A DNA stretch of 64,000 nt from the human T2T-CHM13v2.0 reference genome, Homo sapiens. The stretch is from NCBI RefSeq assembly GCF_009914755.1, contig NC_060930.1, one strand, 5' to 3'. The translations under genes were made by a program, and so were the position numbers. Under the pieces are notes generated by a model. The model was not told where the DNA came from. It was given only the letters and a program-made list of their open reading frames with translations, and ran no database searches. This document shows positions 35,331 through 53,895 of the stretch, one piece after another (within the stretch, counting starts at the first letter, position 1; each line of letters opens with the position of its first letter).

Positions 35331-37162
35331 TTTCATTAAATACATGCATGAATGTCCTATCTATTATTATTCAAGGTGACAGAGGTTTAGCTGCTGAACT
35401 TAGACTCAAGGTCCAGTAGCTGGGCTAAGATCCAAAGCAGAGAAATGAGTTTAATGGCCTTTTCTAAATCAAAGACATTTTCCAATTTACTCACTATTTG
35501 TTTTCCATAGTATGGATCCCTTAGGAAACAATAAATTTTATTGACTAGTGTAAGACAATAAAACTATGTCGTGAGTACAGTAATTCAGATATTACTATAA
35601 ATTAAGACTAGTTGTATTAGGAAAAGAATTATGCTGCAAGCATAATAAAAAACCTAACAAAGGTTTAAATCCACTAAATGGTTTTTATGTGTTTGCTTTG
35701 TCTTGGTTTTCCCATTTAAAAAGTCTAGAAGTTAAACAGTCCAGAACTGGTAACATCAAGGGGCTTCAACTGATTCTCTTTTTGACATAGATATTGTCCT
35801 ATTGTTATACATGTTCCAAGCATTCCAATGCCAGGAGAGAAAGATGTGTTAAATTTCCAAACACAATATGATCATATGCAATTTTTTTCCTAGAGGTGGT
35901 AAATCAATTGTGATACACATTAATGAAATGGAAAATGTACTAGAAGTTCAATCACAAATATGAGTGGTGAGGACAAATGTGCTCAACTGTAGTGTATTAT
36001 TCTTATTATAAGCTCAGAAAATAAACTAAAATAACATCTGATTAAGGAATATTAACAAAGCAGCATCAAAACCAACACCAATATAATATGTAAATATGTA
36101 TTTAATATTTTTAGCTATTATTGTCGAAATCTTTATTTCCTGATATACATCATAACAGAAACAAGTTATGAATTATATTCAAATCAAACTGTTAAGCAGT
36201 TATCAATTAACATGAAAGGAAAATATCTACTATTAATATAAATAGCAAACATTTTTTGAGAATTCAGATGTTTCACTCTCTAGACTGAGTATTTTAATTC
36301 AGATATATAAAAATCCAAGACTAAGTTTTTAACTACTATTGCACTGCCTTTAATTATCTCATGTCCTCATTGCTACATTCTAACAACAACAAAAAAGAAC
36401 TAAAATAATGGGACAAATGTCTGATCATTCTCTGCTATAGTGGACAATAACTAAAAGATCACTGTGTGGCAGACAATACTTTCATAATAGGAATCTATTT
36501 GCCATTGCCTTGTTTCCATTGATTTAACTGGATATTCACTGGGCCTTCAGTCCACAACTTACTGTTCTGCTTACTGTTTGGGGAAATTTATTTAAAATCT
36601 TGGATTTTTTCTTTAATAATTTTCTCAACCAATTTCTGGAAATCTTACCATTTGGATTTTGAACCTTCTTGCCTTTTCTTTTTATTTTCTGGAAAATGTT
36701 TTCTATTGTATTTTTGCTGTTAGATTTAACATTTCCAAACATTTTATTCCTAAAAAAAATTTTTGTTGACAATTTATTTTAATAGTATCCTCTTCCACGT
36801 TTTTATATTCCACATATTCTCTTTTCATTCCAAGGATATTAGTTACAGGTGTCTTTGCATTTTTCTTCTGGTGCTTGTATTCAAACTGTCTTCTCTGAAT
36901 TTCTTTTGTCATTTGTTTGTTTTGTCTGATTTTATTATTGTTGTTATTGTTCGACAATTGCCCAAAATATAAAGTAATATTTTGTCATCCTGTGATATTT
37001 AAGAGTAAATTCTTGTTCAAGCTTACTAGAAGCAATATCTAATTAAATGGGCTGTGGTACACTACATATTGGAGAGATCAGTAAGAAACCTTGTCCTTTG
37101 TTGGGGCATCCTCAAAATAGTCATATCCATAGATCTCATCAGTTTCATTAAGAAAGACTCAT

Positions 37163-37456
37163 AGGCCAGGTGTGATGGCTCACATCTGTAATCCCACACT
37201 TTAGAAGGCTGAGGTAATATCACTTGAGGTCAGGAGTTTGAGATCAGCCTGGGCAACACAGTGAAACTCTGTCTCTACAAAAAATAAAACACAGCCAGAT
37301 GTGATGGTACATTCCTGTACTCCCAGCTACTTGAGGGACTGAGGCAGGAGTAACACACGAGCCCAGGAGTTTAAGGTTACAGTGAGCCGTGATGTGCCAC
37401 TGTGTTCCAGTCTGGCAATAGAGTGAGACTTTGTCTCAATAATAATAAAAAAAAAT
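37163..37456 (+). mobile_element. AluJ
   Basis: Alu dimer with gagcccaggagtttaagg right arm and A-tail. Confidence 0.92.
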
Positions 37457-37794
37457 TAATTCTCAATTGTTCCCTGGATTGAAAGTTGTGGTGCTGGGTT
37501 CATCATACTTAGAGCAAAGTAGGAGAAAATAACAAAGTGTCAATGTTTAATATATACATCTTTATTTAAATCATCTATTTTCAGTATAATACCCGAGGTC
37601 TCTGAAACACTCATTATTTTCAACCTCTGTCTTCTAGGCTTCACCTAGGAGAAATGCCATTCTGCAAACCCCTTCACCATTCATTCTCTCAGTTATCCAA
37701 GCTTCAGCAAAATATATCAGCATCATCAACTGCCTGTCTCTTTTGAATGCAAATAATTGCTTGTCAAATAATTCCTCAGAAATAATATGTCTGG

Positions 37795-38172
37795 TGATAT
37801 GGTTTTGCTGAGTCCCCACCCAAATCTTGTCTTGAATTGTAGTACACATAATGCCAACATGTCACAGGAGGAACCAAGTGGGAGGTAACTGAGTCATGGG
37901 AGCAGTTACCCTCATCCTGGTGCTCTCATGATACTGAGTGAGTTCCCACGAGATCTGATGGTTTTATAAGGAGCTTTTACCCCTTTTGCTCAGCACTTCT
38001 CCTTCTTGCATCATATGAAGAAGGATGTGTTTGCTACCCCTTCCACCATGATTGAAAGTTTCCTGAGGACTCCCCAGCCATGCTGAGCTATGAGTCAATT
38101 AAACTTATTTATTTTATAAATTACCCAGTCTCAGATGTGTTTTTATTAGCAGCATGTGAGTGGACTTATACA
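37795..38172 (+). mobile_element. THE1 (C/D-like) 5' LTR
   Basis: tgatatggttt...ccccacccaaatctt...aaattacccagtctcag...ataca. Confidence 0.9.
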
Positions 38173-39507
38173 TAAATTGGTAGCAAGTAGTGGGGAGCTG
38201 CTGTAAAGATACCTGAAAATGTGAAAGTGATTTTGGAACTGGGTAACAAGCAGAGATTGAAACAGTTTGGAAGGCTCAGAAGAAGACAGGAAAATGTGAA
38301 AGTTTGGAACTTCCCAGAGATTTGCTTAATGGCTTTGACCAAAATGCTGATAGTGATATGAACAATAAAGTCCAGGCTGAGGTGGTCTCAGTTGGAACTT
38401 GTTGGGAACTGGACTAAATGTCACTCTTGTTATGCAGAGACTGGCAGCATTCTGCCCCTGCCCTAGAGATCTTTGGAACTTTGAACTTGAGAGAGATGAT
38501 TTAGGGTATCTGGTGGAAGAAATTTCTAAATGACAAAGCATTCAAGAGGAAGCAGAGGACAAAAGTTTGGAAAATTTGCAGCCTGATGATGTGATAGAAA
38601 AGAAAAACCATTTTTCTGGAGAGAAATTCAAGCTGGCTGCAGAAATTTGCATAAATAAGGAGTCAAATGTTAATCACCAAGATAATGGGAAAAATGTCCC
38701 CAAGGCATGTCACAGACTTTCATGGCAGCCCCTCCCATTACAGGTCTGGAGGTCTAGGAGGAAAAAATGATTTTCTGGCGGGGTCAAGGACTCCCTGCTC
38801 TGTGCACCCTCAAGACTGCATCCCAGCTGCTCTAGCCATGGCTAAAAGGAGCCAACATATAGCTCAGACTATTGCTTCAGAAGTTAAAAGCCCCAAGCCT
38901 TGGTAGCTTCCATGTGGTGTTGGGCCTTTTGGTGCACAGAAGTCAAGAACTGAGGTGTGGGAACCTCCACCTAGATTTCAGAGGATGTATGGAAAGGCCT
39001 GAATGTCCAGGCAAAAGCTTACTGCAGGGGCAGAGCCCTCAAGGAGAATCTCCGCTATGCCCATGAAGAAGGGAAATGTGGGGCTGGAGCCCCCACAGAG
39101 CCCCCACTGCCTAATGGAGCTGTGAGAAGTGCCCTAATGGGGACTGCCTAATGGAGCTGTGAGAAGAGGGCCACCATCCTCTAGACCCTAGAATGGCAGA
39201 TCCACCAACAGCTTGCAGTGTGCATCTGGAAAAGCCACAAGCACCCAATACCAACCAGCCCATTAAAGCAGCCATGAGGCGGGCTGTACCCCGCAAAGCC
39301 ACAGTGGTGGAGCTGCTCAAGACCATGGGAGCCCACTTTTTGTATCAGTATGACCTGGATGTGAGACCTGGGGTCAAAGGAGATCATTTTGGAGCTTTAA
39401 GATTTGACTGCCCTGCTGGATTTCTAACTCACATGGGGCCTGTAGTCCCTTTGTTTTGGCCAATTTCTCCCACAAGGAATGGGGTGTATTTACCCAATGC
39501 CTGGACC
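38173..39507 (+). mobile_element. THE1-int (MaLR internal), 3'-truncated, no 3' LTR
   Basis: MaLR internal peptides (ENLQPDDVIEKKNHFSGEKFK; DVRPGVKGDHFGALRFDCPAGF). Confidence 0.9.
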
Positions 39508-39598
39508 CACACGTTTACCTATGTAACAAACCTGTATATTCTGCACATGTACCCCAGAACTTAAAATAAAAGTTGAAAAACAAAACAAAACAAAAAAA
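39508..39598 (+). mobile_element. 3' tip of an older L1PA with A-tail
   Basis: cacgtttacctatgtaacaaacctg...cagaacttaaaataaaagtt. Confidence 0.85.
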
Positions 39599-40673
39599 CT
39601 TTGGAACCAGTCATACAGCCTCTCTGATAGCATCTCCATTAGCAATTCATGAAAAAGATTTCTAGGATCAGAAAGGAAACTCTCTTCTGCCTCTACCTTG
39701 GAAATGGTATTCTCAACACTATGTTAGAAGAAAATTAAACATGTAAATATCTTTGACATTTAAAAGTTTCTAAAAATGAATTAAATTATAAATGGCAATA
39801 ACTTAGGTTTATGTGGCACTTTATGTTTTTCAACGTCCTTCTAACTATATTATGCCCCCGCCCTTGGTAGAGCAGTCATGAATACTTAAAGTGACTTGCC
39901 TAAAGGAGCACAGCTAACTAGCTATAACACTTATAACAAAGATGCAAGATTCACATTTGCTTTTCTTTTCTGTGAATTTGACCTTACTAAAGGAAGCCAT
40001 TGCCACAAGTAGACAAATTCTATATTAGCTGTACTCACATGGGATTCCTGTTGTGGCTCTCACTGTCATTTTATCACACAGGCTCCCCCATAACAAGAAC
40101 CATGGCATTTTCCAGGTCCCTCACCTACCTTATGACACCCCCCAAAGTGTAGAGTGGGATATCCTCTCCATGATGATTCTGCTACTGTAGCCTAACCAGA
40201 ATTGTAATAGTCATCCAAAGGTTGGAAATTAAAGCCATAACCGCATGTACACACATATTATAAAGACTTTTTTTCTTCTTTGGTAACTATTACAAATGTG
40301 ACCCAGGTAAAATGAAAAATTCTCAGGATTGCTATGAAATCATTTATTTTCCATGCCACACCAGAGTTTTAAAATATTAGAAAATTAAGATATATGAATC
40401 TCTCTTGCTCCAAGCTAATGCATTTGTCATATATTTCAAGGTGGTCCTGGCATGATGCCATATCTAAGTTTTTAGTTCAGAACTGTGACTAGCATGGCAC
40501 TATCAAAGTGCACCAAGGTCTTTCCCTTGTATTTACTAGAAATAGCATTCTAGAAAATATCTCAAAACTCCCAAGGTAGGAAGAACACTAAAAAGAAATC
40601 TATTTTTTTTCATCTGGCACCTTCAAAATGAACTGAGCCTCACTTTTGGTCTACATTGAAGCATTTGGTCTAG

Positions 40674-40756
40674 ATCCATCTTAGGTATATTCAAGATAGC
40701 TTTTCCGTATTAGAAAACTCAAATACAGTATTAGTTGATGTAGAAGTCAGAAAAAT
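40674..40756 (+). other. Candidate host exon (IHLRYIQDSFSVLENSNTVLVDVEVRK)
   Basis: AG/GT-bounded open frame in non-repeat DNA, phase-compatible with 41124-41202. Protein not recognised. Confidence 0.35.
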
Positions 40757-41123
40757 GTACGAACTACAATTCTTTTACAGTTCTATTTTCGTCAAAGTTA
40801 TGTTCAATAATTTTTCTATTTTATTTTTATTGTTTTGTTTTCAATACATAGACATAAACGTAGTTCACTTATCTGGCACCAAGTTAGAACAATTTTTTAG
40901 AAAATTTGTCTTCCTTGTAAACAGATAAAAGTTGTAAGACCCACGCTATTGTAACTGAAAGCAGACCAATAATTTTAACAATAGAACAAAATGCTTATTT
41001 AGAACAAGAAATATTTAAGCAACTATGTGTTTAACAAAGTACTATTTAAAGGACATACTCATTAAGCACCATAAAAAGCTGATTTTGGGCATGTGCTTAT
41101 ATCAACTCATTTAATTCTCACAG

Positions 41124-41202
41124 TATTGAATTAGTTGGTCTACATGAGAATTTTCTGTTATGTGACCTCTCAGATGATCATTTGGGAATCCTGAATTCCC
41201 AG
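41124..41202 (+). other. Candidate host exon (IELVGLHENFLLCDLSDDHLGILNSQ)
   Basis: ttaattctcacag| ... CAG|gtattg with an open frame. Confidence 0.4.
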
Positions 41203-41357
41203 GTATTGGTAATGCATTTAATTGTGTAATGAAGTTTATCAAATGATGAGCATCGTATATGAACAAGATACTATGATAATAACAATAATTATCTTTATTC
41301 ATTGAATTCTTTTAAAGTGACATTGTTCTTTCTACACATATACTTTTGTTTAATTAT

Positions 41358-41525
41358 CTTAAAATCCTACTGAGTAGGTATTAGTATCCTCATTGAACTT
41401 ACAAGAAAGCCAAGCTTCAAAAACAAGGTAATTTCCCCAAGTTCACAATTATAAAATGGTAAATGAATTCAGCCCCAAATCTTTTTTACACTAAAACTCA
41501 TGTTCTCATTTCACCCTGCTGCCTC
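41358..41525 (-). mobile_element. MIR
   Basis: gtaggtattagtatcctcatt...aaggtaatttccccaagttcaca. Confidence 0.65.
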
Positions 41526-42091
41526 TAATTTTAGAGCATAAACCAGTTCCCATTTAGAAAAACATGCTTTCAAATAAAATGAAATAGGAGAAAAGATATA
41601 ATGAACAGCTTGAGAATAAAATCACACATAATTTGAGAATAACCTCATAATTCACAAAACAAGTTTGCATCTGTTATTCTAATGTACTGCCTGTGTTATA
41701 CTTGCATATTTTCATAATTTATTCATGCTGTTACATTATTTTTTCTCAATATAAATCAAATGTATATTTCTTTTACTTAGCAAATGTTTTCTAGTAAACC
41801 TGACAGAAAGTTTCCTACTAGCTGACACCTTGTAATAGACAATCAGAAATTCTCACTGCTGTCAACATGTTAGAATGTTTTGGCCCTATTTAAGAGTAGG
41901 GACTCTTAAAGTAGGGACTCTCTAACTAGAATGAGGAACTTTCTAGTTTAAGAAAACTGAAAAAGATGCGCTTGACATGTAGCAGGTTGTCAACAAAGAG
42001 AAGTGAGTGTTGAATGAATGAGTGGTTGACACTAATATTTGACATTCATGTAGGCCAGCAGGGGGAGAAATTTCAGCATTATTCAAGTCAC

Positions 42092-42451
42092 ATGCTCATA
42101 GGTGAATGCCCTGGGCACAGACTCTTGAGACAGATTTGGTTATAGGAAGTTTCTTGGGGAATATCCTCAGAAGCAGCACTCATGAGAGAGAGAATAAAGA
42201 AAGATTGGGCAAAGGGAGAAGTTGAACTTCAATGCAGTTGCAGCAGGGGCCTCAGCCAACCACATAGGGACATCTGGAGCCAGGACAGCCCTCAGAGATG
42301 CCACACTAAGGCAGGGGGGCTGGGCCTTTGAAATCCTTATCAATCAGTCACTAGGATTAGCTCTGATCTGTTATCAGCCAAAAGTCCCTGCAGCTAGAAG
42401 AAGGAGTTCCACCGTCACCAAGCAGGGAAGTTGGATAGCACATCACAACAT
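42092..42451 (-). mobile_element. LTR33-like (ERVL) LTR
   Basis: cagactcttgagacagatttg...gggagaagttgaact...gcctcagcc...tctggagc. Confidence 0.65.
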
Positions 42452-42657
42452 CCAATACCTACAGCCACTTTTCTTATAAGTGTTCCTTTTACCACATTCT
42501 GCCAAATAATAATTACCACTTAAAAAATAGACTATATGTTTTACAATACACATAAAATTTTGTTTTTATAATCTTCAACATAAATTAATGTGAAATATTC
42601 TTCTCAATCCTATTTTACAGATAAGAGTGAGATTCAGTAACATTAATTAACATCTTT

Positions 42658-43025
42658 TTACATTTTTTTCATAAGTTATTGGGGTACAGATGGTATTTGG
42701 TTACATGAGTAAGCTCTTTAGTGGTGATTTGTGATATTTTGGTACACCCATAACCCCAGCGGTATACACTGGAAAATATTTGTAGTCTTTTATCCCTCTA
42801 CCCCCTCCCACTCTTCCCCCCAAGTCTCCAAAGTCCATTGTATCATCTTCATGCCTTTGCATCCTCATAGCTTAGCCCCCATGTATCAGTGAGAACATAT
42901 GATGTTTATGATGTTTGGTTTTCTATTCCTGAGTTACATCACTTAGAATAATAGTCTCCAATCTCATCCAGGTCACTGCAAATGTCGTTAATTCATTCTT
43001 TTTACGGCTGTGTAGTATTCCATTT

Positions 43026-43077
<52 letters not shown>

Positions 43078-45321
43078 ACAGTTTCTTTATCCACTTGTTG
43101 ATTGATGGGTTGGCTTTTGGATTGGTTCCACGATTTTGCAATTGTGAATTGTGCTGCTATAAACATCCATGTGCAAGTATCTTTTTCGAATAATGACTTC
43201 TTTTTTTCTGGATAGATACCCAGTAGTGGGATTGCTGGATCAAATGGTAGTTCTACTTTTCGTTCTTTAAGAAATCTCCATACTGTTTTCCATAATGTCT
43301 CTACTAGTTTACATTCCCACAAATAGTGTAGAAGTGCTCCCTGATCACCGCATCCATGCCAACATTTGCTGTTTTTTATTTTTATTTTTATTATGGCCAT
43401 TCTTGCAAGAGTAAGAGTAAGTCTATTCTCACTGTGGTTTTGATTTGCATTTCCCTGATCATTAGTGATGCTGAGCATCTTTCATATGTTTGTTTGCCAT
43501 TTGTATATCTTCTCTTGAGAATTGTTTATTCATGCCCTTATCCCTTCAAGCTCTGAATTCCTCTCTTCTACTTGTTCAGTTATATTGCTGAGACTTTCCA
43601 GAGCATGTTGGATTTCTAAAAGTGTGCCCAAAACTTCCTGAATTTTTTACTGTTTTTTCTTTAAGCTATCTATTTCCATAAATATTTCTCCTTTCACTTC
43701 TTGTATCATTTTTTGGATTTCCTTGCATTGGGTTTCACCTTTCTCTGTCCCCTCCCTGATTAGCTTAATAAGTAACCTCCTGAATTATTTTTCAGGTAAA
43801 TCAGGGATTTTTTCTTGCCTTTGATCCATTGCTAGTGAACTAGTGTGATTTTTAGAGGTGTTGAAGAGACTTGTTTTGTCATATTACCAGGGATGGTTTT
43901 CTGTTTCCTTCTCATTTTGGTAGGCTCTGTCACAGGGAAGGTTTGGGGCTGAAGGCTGTTGTTCAGATTCTTTTGTCCCATGGAGTGTTCCCTTGAGGTA
44001 GTACTCTCCCCCTTTTCCTATGATTGTGGCTTTCTGTGAGCTGAATTGCAGTGACTGTTGTTGTTCTTCTGGGTCTAGCCACTTAGCGAGTCTACCCGGC
44101 TCCATGCTGGTACTGCACAAAGTCCTGTGATGTGAACTATCTATGGTCCCTCAGCCATGGATACCAGCGCCTGTTCCTATGGAGGTGGCAGAGAGTGCAA
44201 TGGACCCCATGAGGGGCCTTAGCTTTGGTGGTTTAATGCTCTATTTTTGTGCTGGTTGGCCTCCTACCAGGAGGTGGCACTTTCCAGAAAGCTTCAGCTG
44301 TAGTAGTGTGGAGAGGGGCCAGCAGTGAGTGGGACCCTAGAACTTCCAAGATTATATGCCTTTTGTCTTCTGCTACCAGGGTGAATAGGGAAGGACCGAC
44401 AGGTGGGGGCGGGGCTAAGCGTGTCTGAGCGCAGACTCTCCTTGGGTGGGTCTTGCTGCTGCTACTGTGGGGGATGAGGTGAAATTCTCAGGTCACTGGA
44501 GTTGTGTACCTAGGAGGATTACAGCTGCCTCTGCTGAGTTATGCAGGTTGTCAAGAAAGTAGGGGAAAGCTGGCAATCACAGGCCTTATCCAGATTCCAC
44601 ACAAACTGAAGGGCCAGTCTCACTCCCACAGTGTTCCCCACCCCCCACAACAGCACAAGTCTGTTCCCTGGCAGAGGATGAGACAGGCTTGAAAACTTGC
44701 CCAAGTCTATCCACTTCCCAGCTGTGAGAGAAAAGGGTTTTAGTTCTTCCCTGGCCTGTGAAGTCTGCAAGCCTCATTCACACCCTCCCCTGAGTTCTGA
44801 CCAGGAGGCTTCTTCCCCCCTTCAAATTGTTACAAAGTTCAGCTACAGAATTCCTTCTCCCTGTGGAGTTTTACCCACTGCTCCTCTGGCCACTCTCCCA
44901 ATGGATCCCTGTGGTGCCAGGCAGGAATGGACTGCTTGGGGACTCAGCGAGCTCCCAAGGCCTTTCTGCTGCATCCCTCTACCCCTGTATTTCACTTGGT
45001 TTGGCTCTCTAACTTGACTTGGCTCCAGATAAAGTCAGAAACTTCTGCAAATGGACCTTCAGATTCTCCAGTGGAGGTGTGTGCTCAGGAGAGAAGGGTC
45101 TCCTTTTCCCACTTACGCAGCTGTGGCACTCACAGAATTTGGGATGTCTCTCAGGTCATGCAGGAGCAGTCCACTTCCTTCAGAGGACCTGTGGGTCCTC
45201 TTGGAATTGCCGGTTTGTTCTTGAAGTCGATTTGAAGCTAAAATTTACAATGCAAGCCTCCGTATGCTGCACTCCCCAGACGGGCAATCTAGTCCTGCCT
45301 CCCGCCTGCCATGATCCCGTC
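42658..45321 (-). mobile_element. L1PB-type element: 3' end (42658-43543) fused to 5' UTR/ORF1 start (43544-45321); (CA)n at about 43028-43075
   Basis: L1PB 3' UTR (gttattggggtacag...tttagtggtgatttgtga), GC-richer 5' UTR; probable TSD taattaacatcttt / taaataaaatcttt; interrupts a MIR. Confidence 0.85.
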
Positions 45322-46069
45322 TAAATAAAATCTTTATGATTACCCAACCAGTAAATTTTTTCTCTACCATAGCAGGCCACCATGCTTTTTGGTTTTATAA
45401 AGTGATAGAAGCTTATGGAAGATCAGTTCTTTCTTGCGGAGGAAAGTATATTGCTAAAATACAGTGAATTCCAAGAGATCGCTTTTAAAATTTACATCTT
45501 GCATTATAATCCCCTTTCGTACTGTGGTCCCTGATAATCATGCAGGACAGACACATAAGTTAATTTCTTGACTTTTCTTTTCCGTTAAAAAGAAACAAAA
45601 TATGAGATTTAAATGCCTATTCAAAGTTAATACTCTTTTACAATTTAAATCCCTCAGGAACAGCATATCAATATATATTTTCTGAAATACCATTGTTAAT
45701 TACTGAGGTTAGAAACACAAGATTTTGCAGATGTAACGTTTAATTCAAAACAACAGAATTTTCATGAACAGGGATGGCTCTAATTTCTTCTACAGGAAAA
45801 GTTGCATGTTAAAAGTTAGTGTACTATAAATCTTATGAAGATAACCAAGAATAAGCACTGTGAATTGGAAGAAGTTCTATGTTGTATAGGAATAACAGCA
45901 GAAATTAACAGAGTATTTAGATGTAACAGTTTTAAAGGCATAATCACTTCTTTATCACCAAGAAAGTAGTTAAGAAGAGGTGCTAATTCTAAGGAATATT
46001 TTGAACAAATTGAAAAACATTCCAGGAAACATGGAAAATAAAAATGTCTCACACACACACACTCCGTTT

Positions 46070-52237
<6,168 letters not shown>

Positions 52238-53310
52238 ACACACTCCATTTCCAATGAAATTAAGAGAAAGGAAAATCTTCCAAATCCGAAATACACGTAA
52301 AGCTGTCAGAAAGATCTGAGAACTGGCAAAAGACATATAGAAAATGCCATTAGAAATGTCAAGGGGCTTGAGCATGGCAGATTTCCAAAGGTGGCAACTT
52401 TATTCTGACAATAAAGCCCAATGCTACTCTACTATAACTTTAGTGGGATATGCTGTGAGCAAGGCTGAGCTCAGAGAGAACTGAGTCTAAGCAGGGCTGA
52501 GAGCTTGGGGGTTACAGGAAGAGAGATGCCAGCAGCAGGTCTCAGAATTCACTATCAATTATTTACTTGTCGAAAATGAGGAGCCTACCTTGGAACAGAG
52601 CCCATGTTCTTTAACTGCAGTAGTCAGCAGGGGAATGGGGAAAACATGGCTGGCAGCAGAGATCCTTCTAGATGTTGTTTGCTTTGGGGAAACAGAGGAG
52701 TTCAACTGGCTCAGGGGAATACAGCAAAGTACCATATGTGAGAAGAATCTGTAGCAACAGAAGACAGAACTCATGATTACAATGTCTGGAAGCTACATTT
52801 TTCTCCCCAGCCAAAAAAATGTCCTGAAAAATGGTCTTCCAAGAAAATCCAACTTTCCCACCATAAGAAATACAAAAGAAACAACATAACACCGATAAAA
52901 TATGAGTAAGTTTTTATAGAAGAAGACATAAAACACCCTCAGACACAAAGCAGATGGAAATTGCTGCAAACATTACACCATGAGTTTATATATATATGAT
53001 TAATATATAATATTAAAATTTATCCACTATGAAGGAATAACAAAGCAGAAATATAAAACTAAGGGAAGAAATATTTTCATCTATTAGGTAAATGATGGCA
53101 GCTTAATTCTGAATTGTGCTACTGGAAAACATACAAAGCAAGCCCTGAAAGATAAAAGAGATAGTTAAAAACCTGAAGTACATACTTCCTAAACATAAAG
53201 AATGAGAAAACTCACAAATTCCAAATTACATGTGAGCATGGCAATTGGCAATTGAGACTATGATGATGCTACCTGTTGTTAGAAAAAAAAAAAAAAAGCC
53301 ATGAAGCCAT

Positions 53311-53764
53311 TGTGTCCAGAGTTGGTTCCTTCTGGTGGGTTCATGGTCTCGCTGACTTCAAGAATGGAGCTGCAGACCTTCATGGTGAGTGTTACAGCTC
53401 TTAAAGATGGCATGGACCTGAAGAGTGAGCAGCAACAAGATTTATTGTGAAGAGCAAAAGAACAAAGCTTCCGCAGTGTGGAAGGGGACCCAACCAGGTT
53501 GCCGCTGCTGGCTGGGGTGGCCAGCTTTTATTCCCTTATTTGTCCCTGCCCATGTCCTGCTGATTGGTCCATTTTACAGAGCACTGATTGGTCCATTTTA
53601 CAGTGTGCTGATTCGTCCATTTTACCAACCTCTAGCTAGCCACAGAGCACTGATTGGTGCATTTTTACAGAGTGCTGATTGGTGCATTTTACAATCCTCT
53701 TGTAAGACAGAAAAGTTCTCCAAGTCCCCACCTGACCCAGAAGTCCAGCTGGCTTCACCTCTCA
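53311..53764 (-). promoter_or_regulatory. 3' LTR (LTR12F-like) with tandem CCAAT repeats; PPT adjacent at 53765-53775
   Basis: TG...CA ends; repeated ctgattgg units; agaggggggat PPT on the minus strand. Confidence 0.92.
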
Positions 53765-53895
53765 ATCCCCCCTCTAAACAAACAGGACACCCCAACTGCT
53801 GTTGGGAATTGGGCAATGATCACTCAAGCTACATCCTGCTGGATAGGGGTGAAGAAGGGGCCCTGCAGTGGTAGTGTCTTCCAGAAGGGAACTCT

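Noticed and set aside
41891-41922. 12-bp tandem duplication agtagggactct with a small hairpin
   Set aside because: Common short slippage event.
53425-53874. 149-aa ORF with a repeated ALIGPFY motif
   Set aside because: Translation of the LTR CCAAT repeats; the frame is not preserved in the 5' LTR copy.
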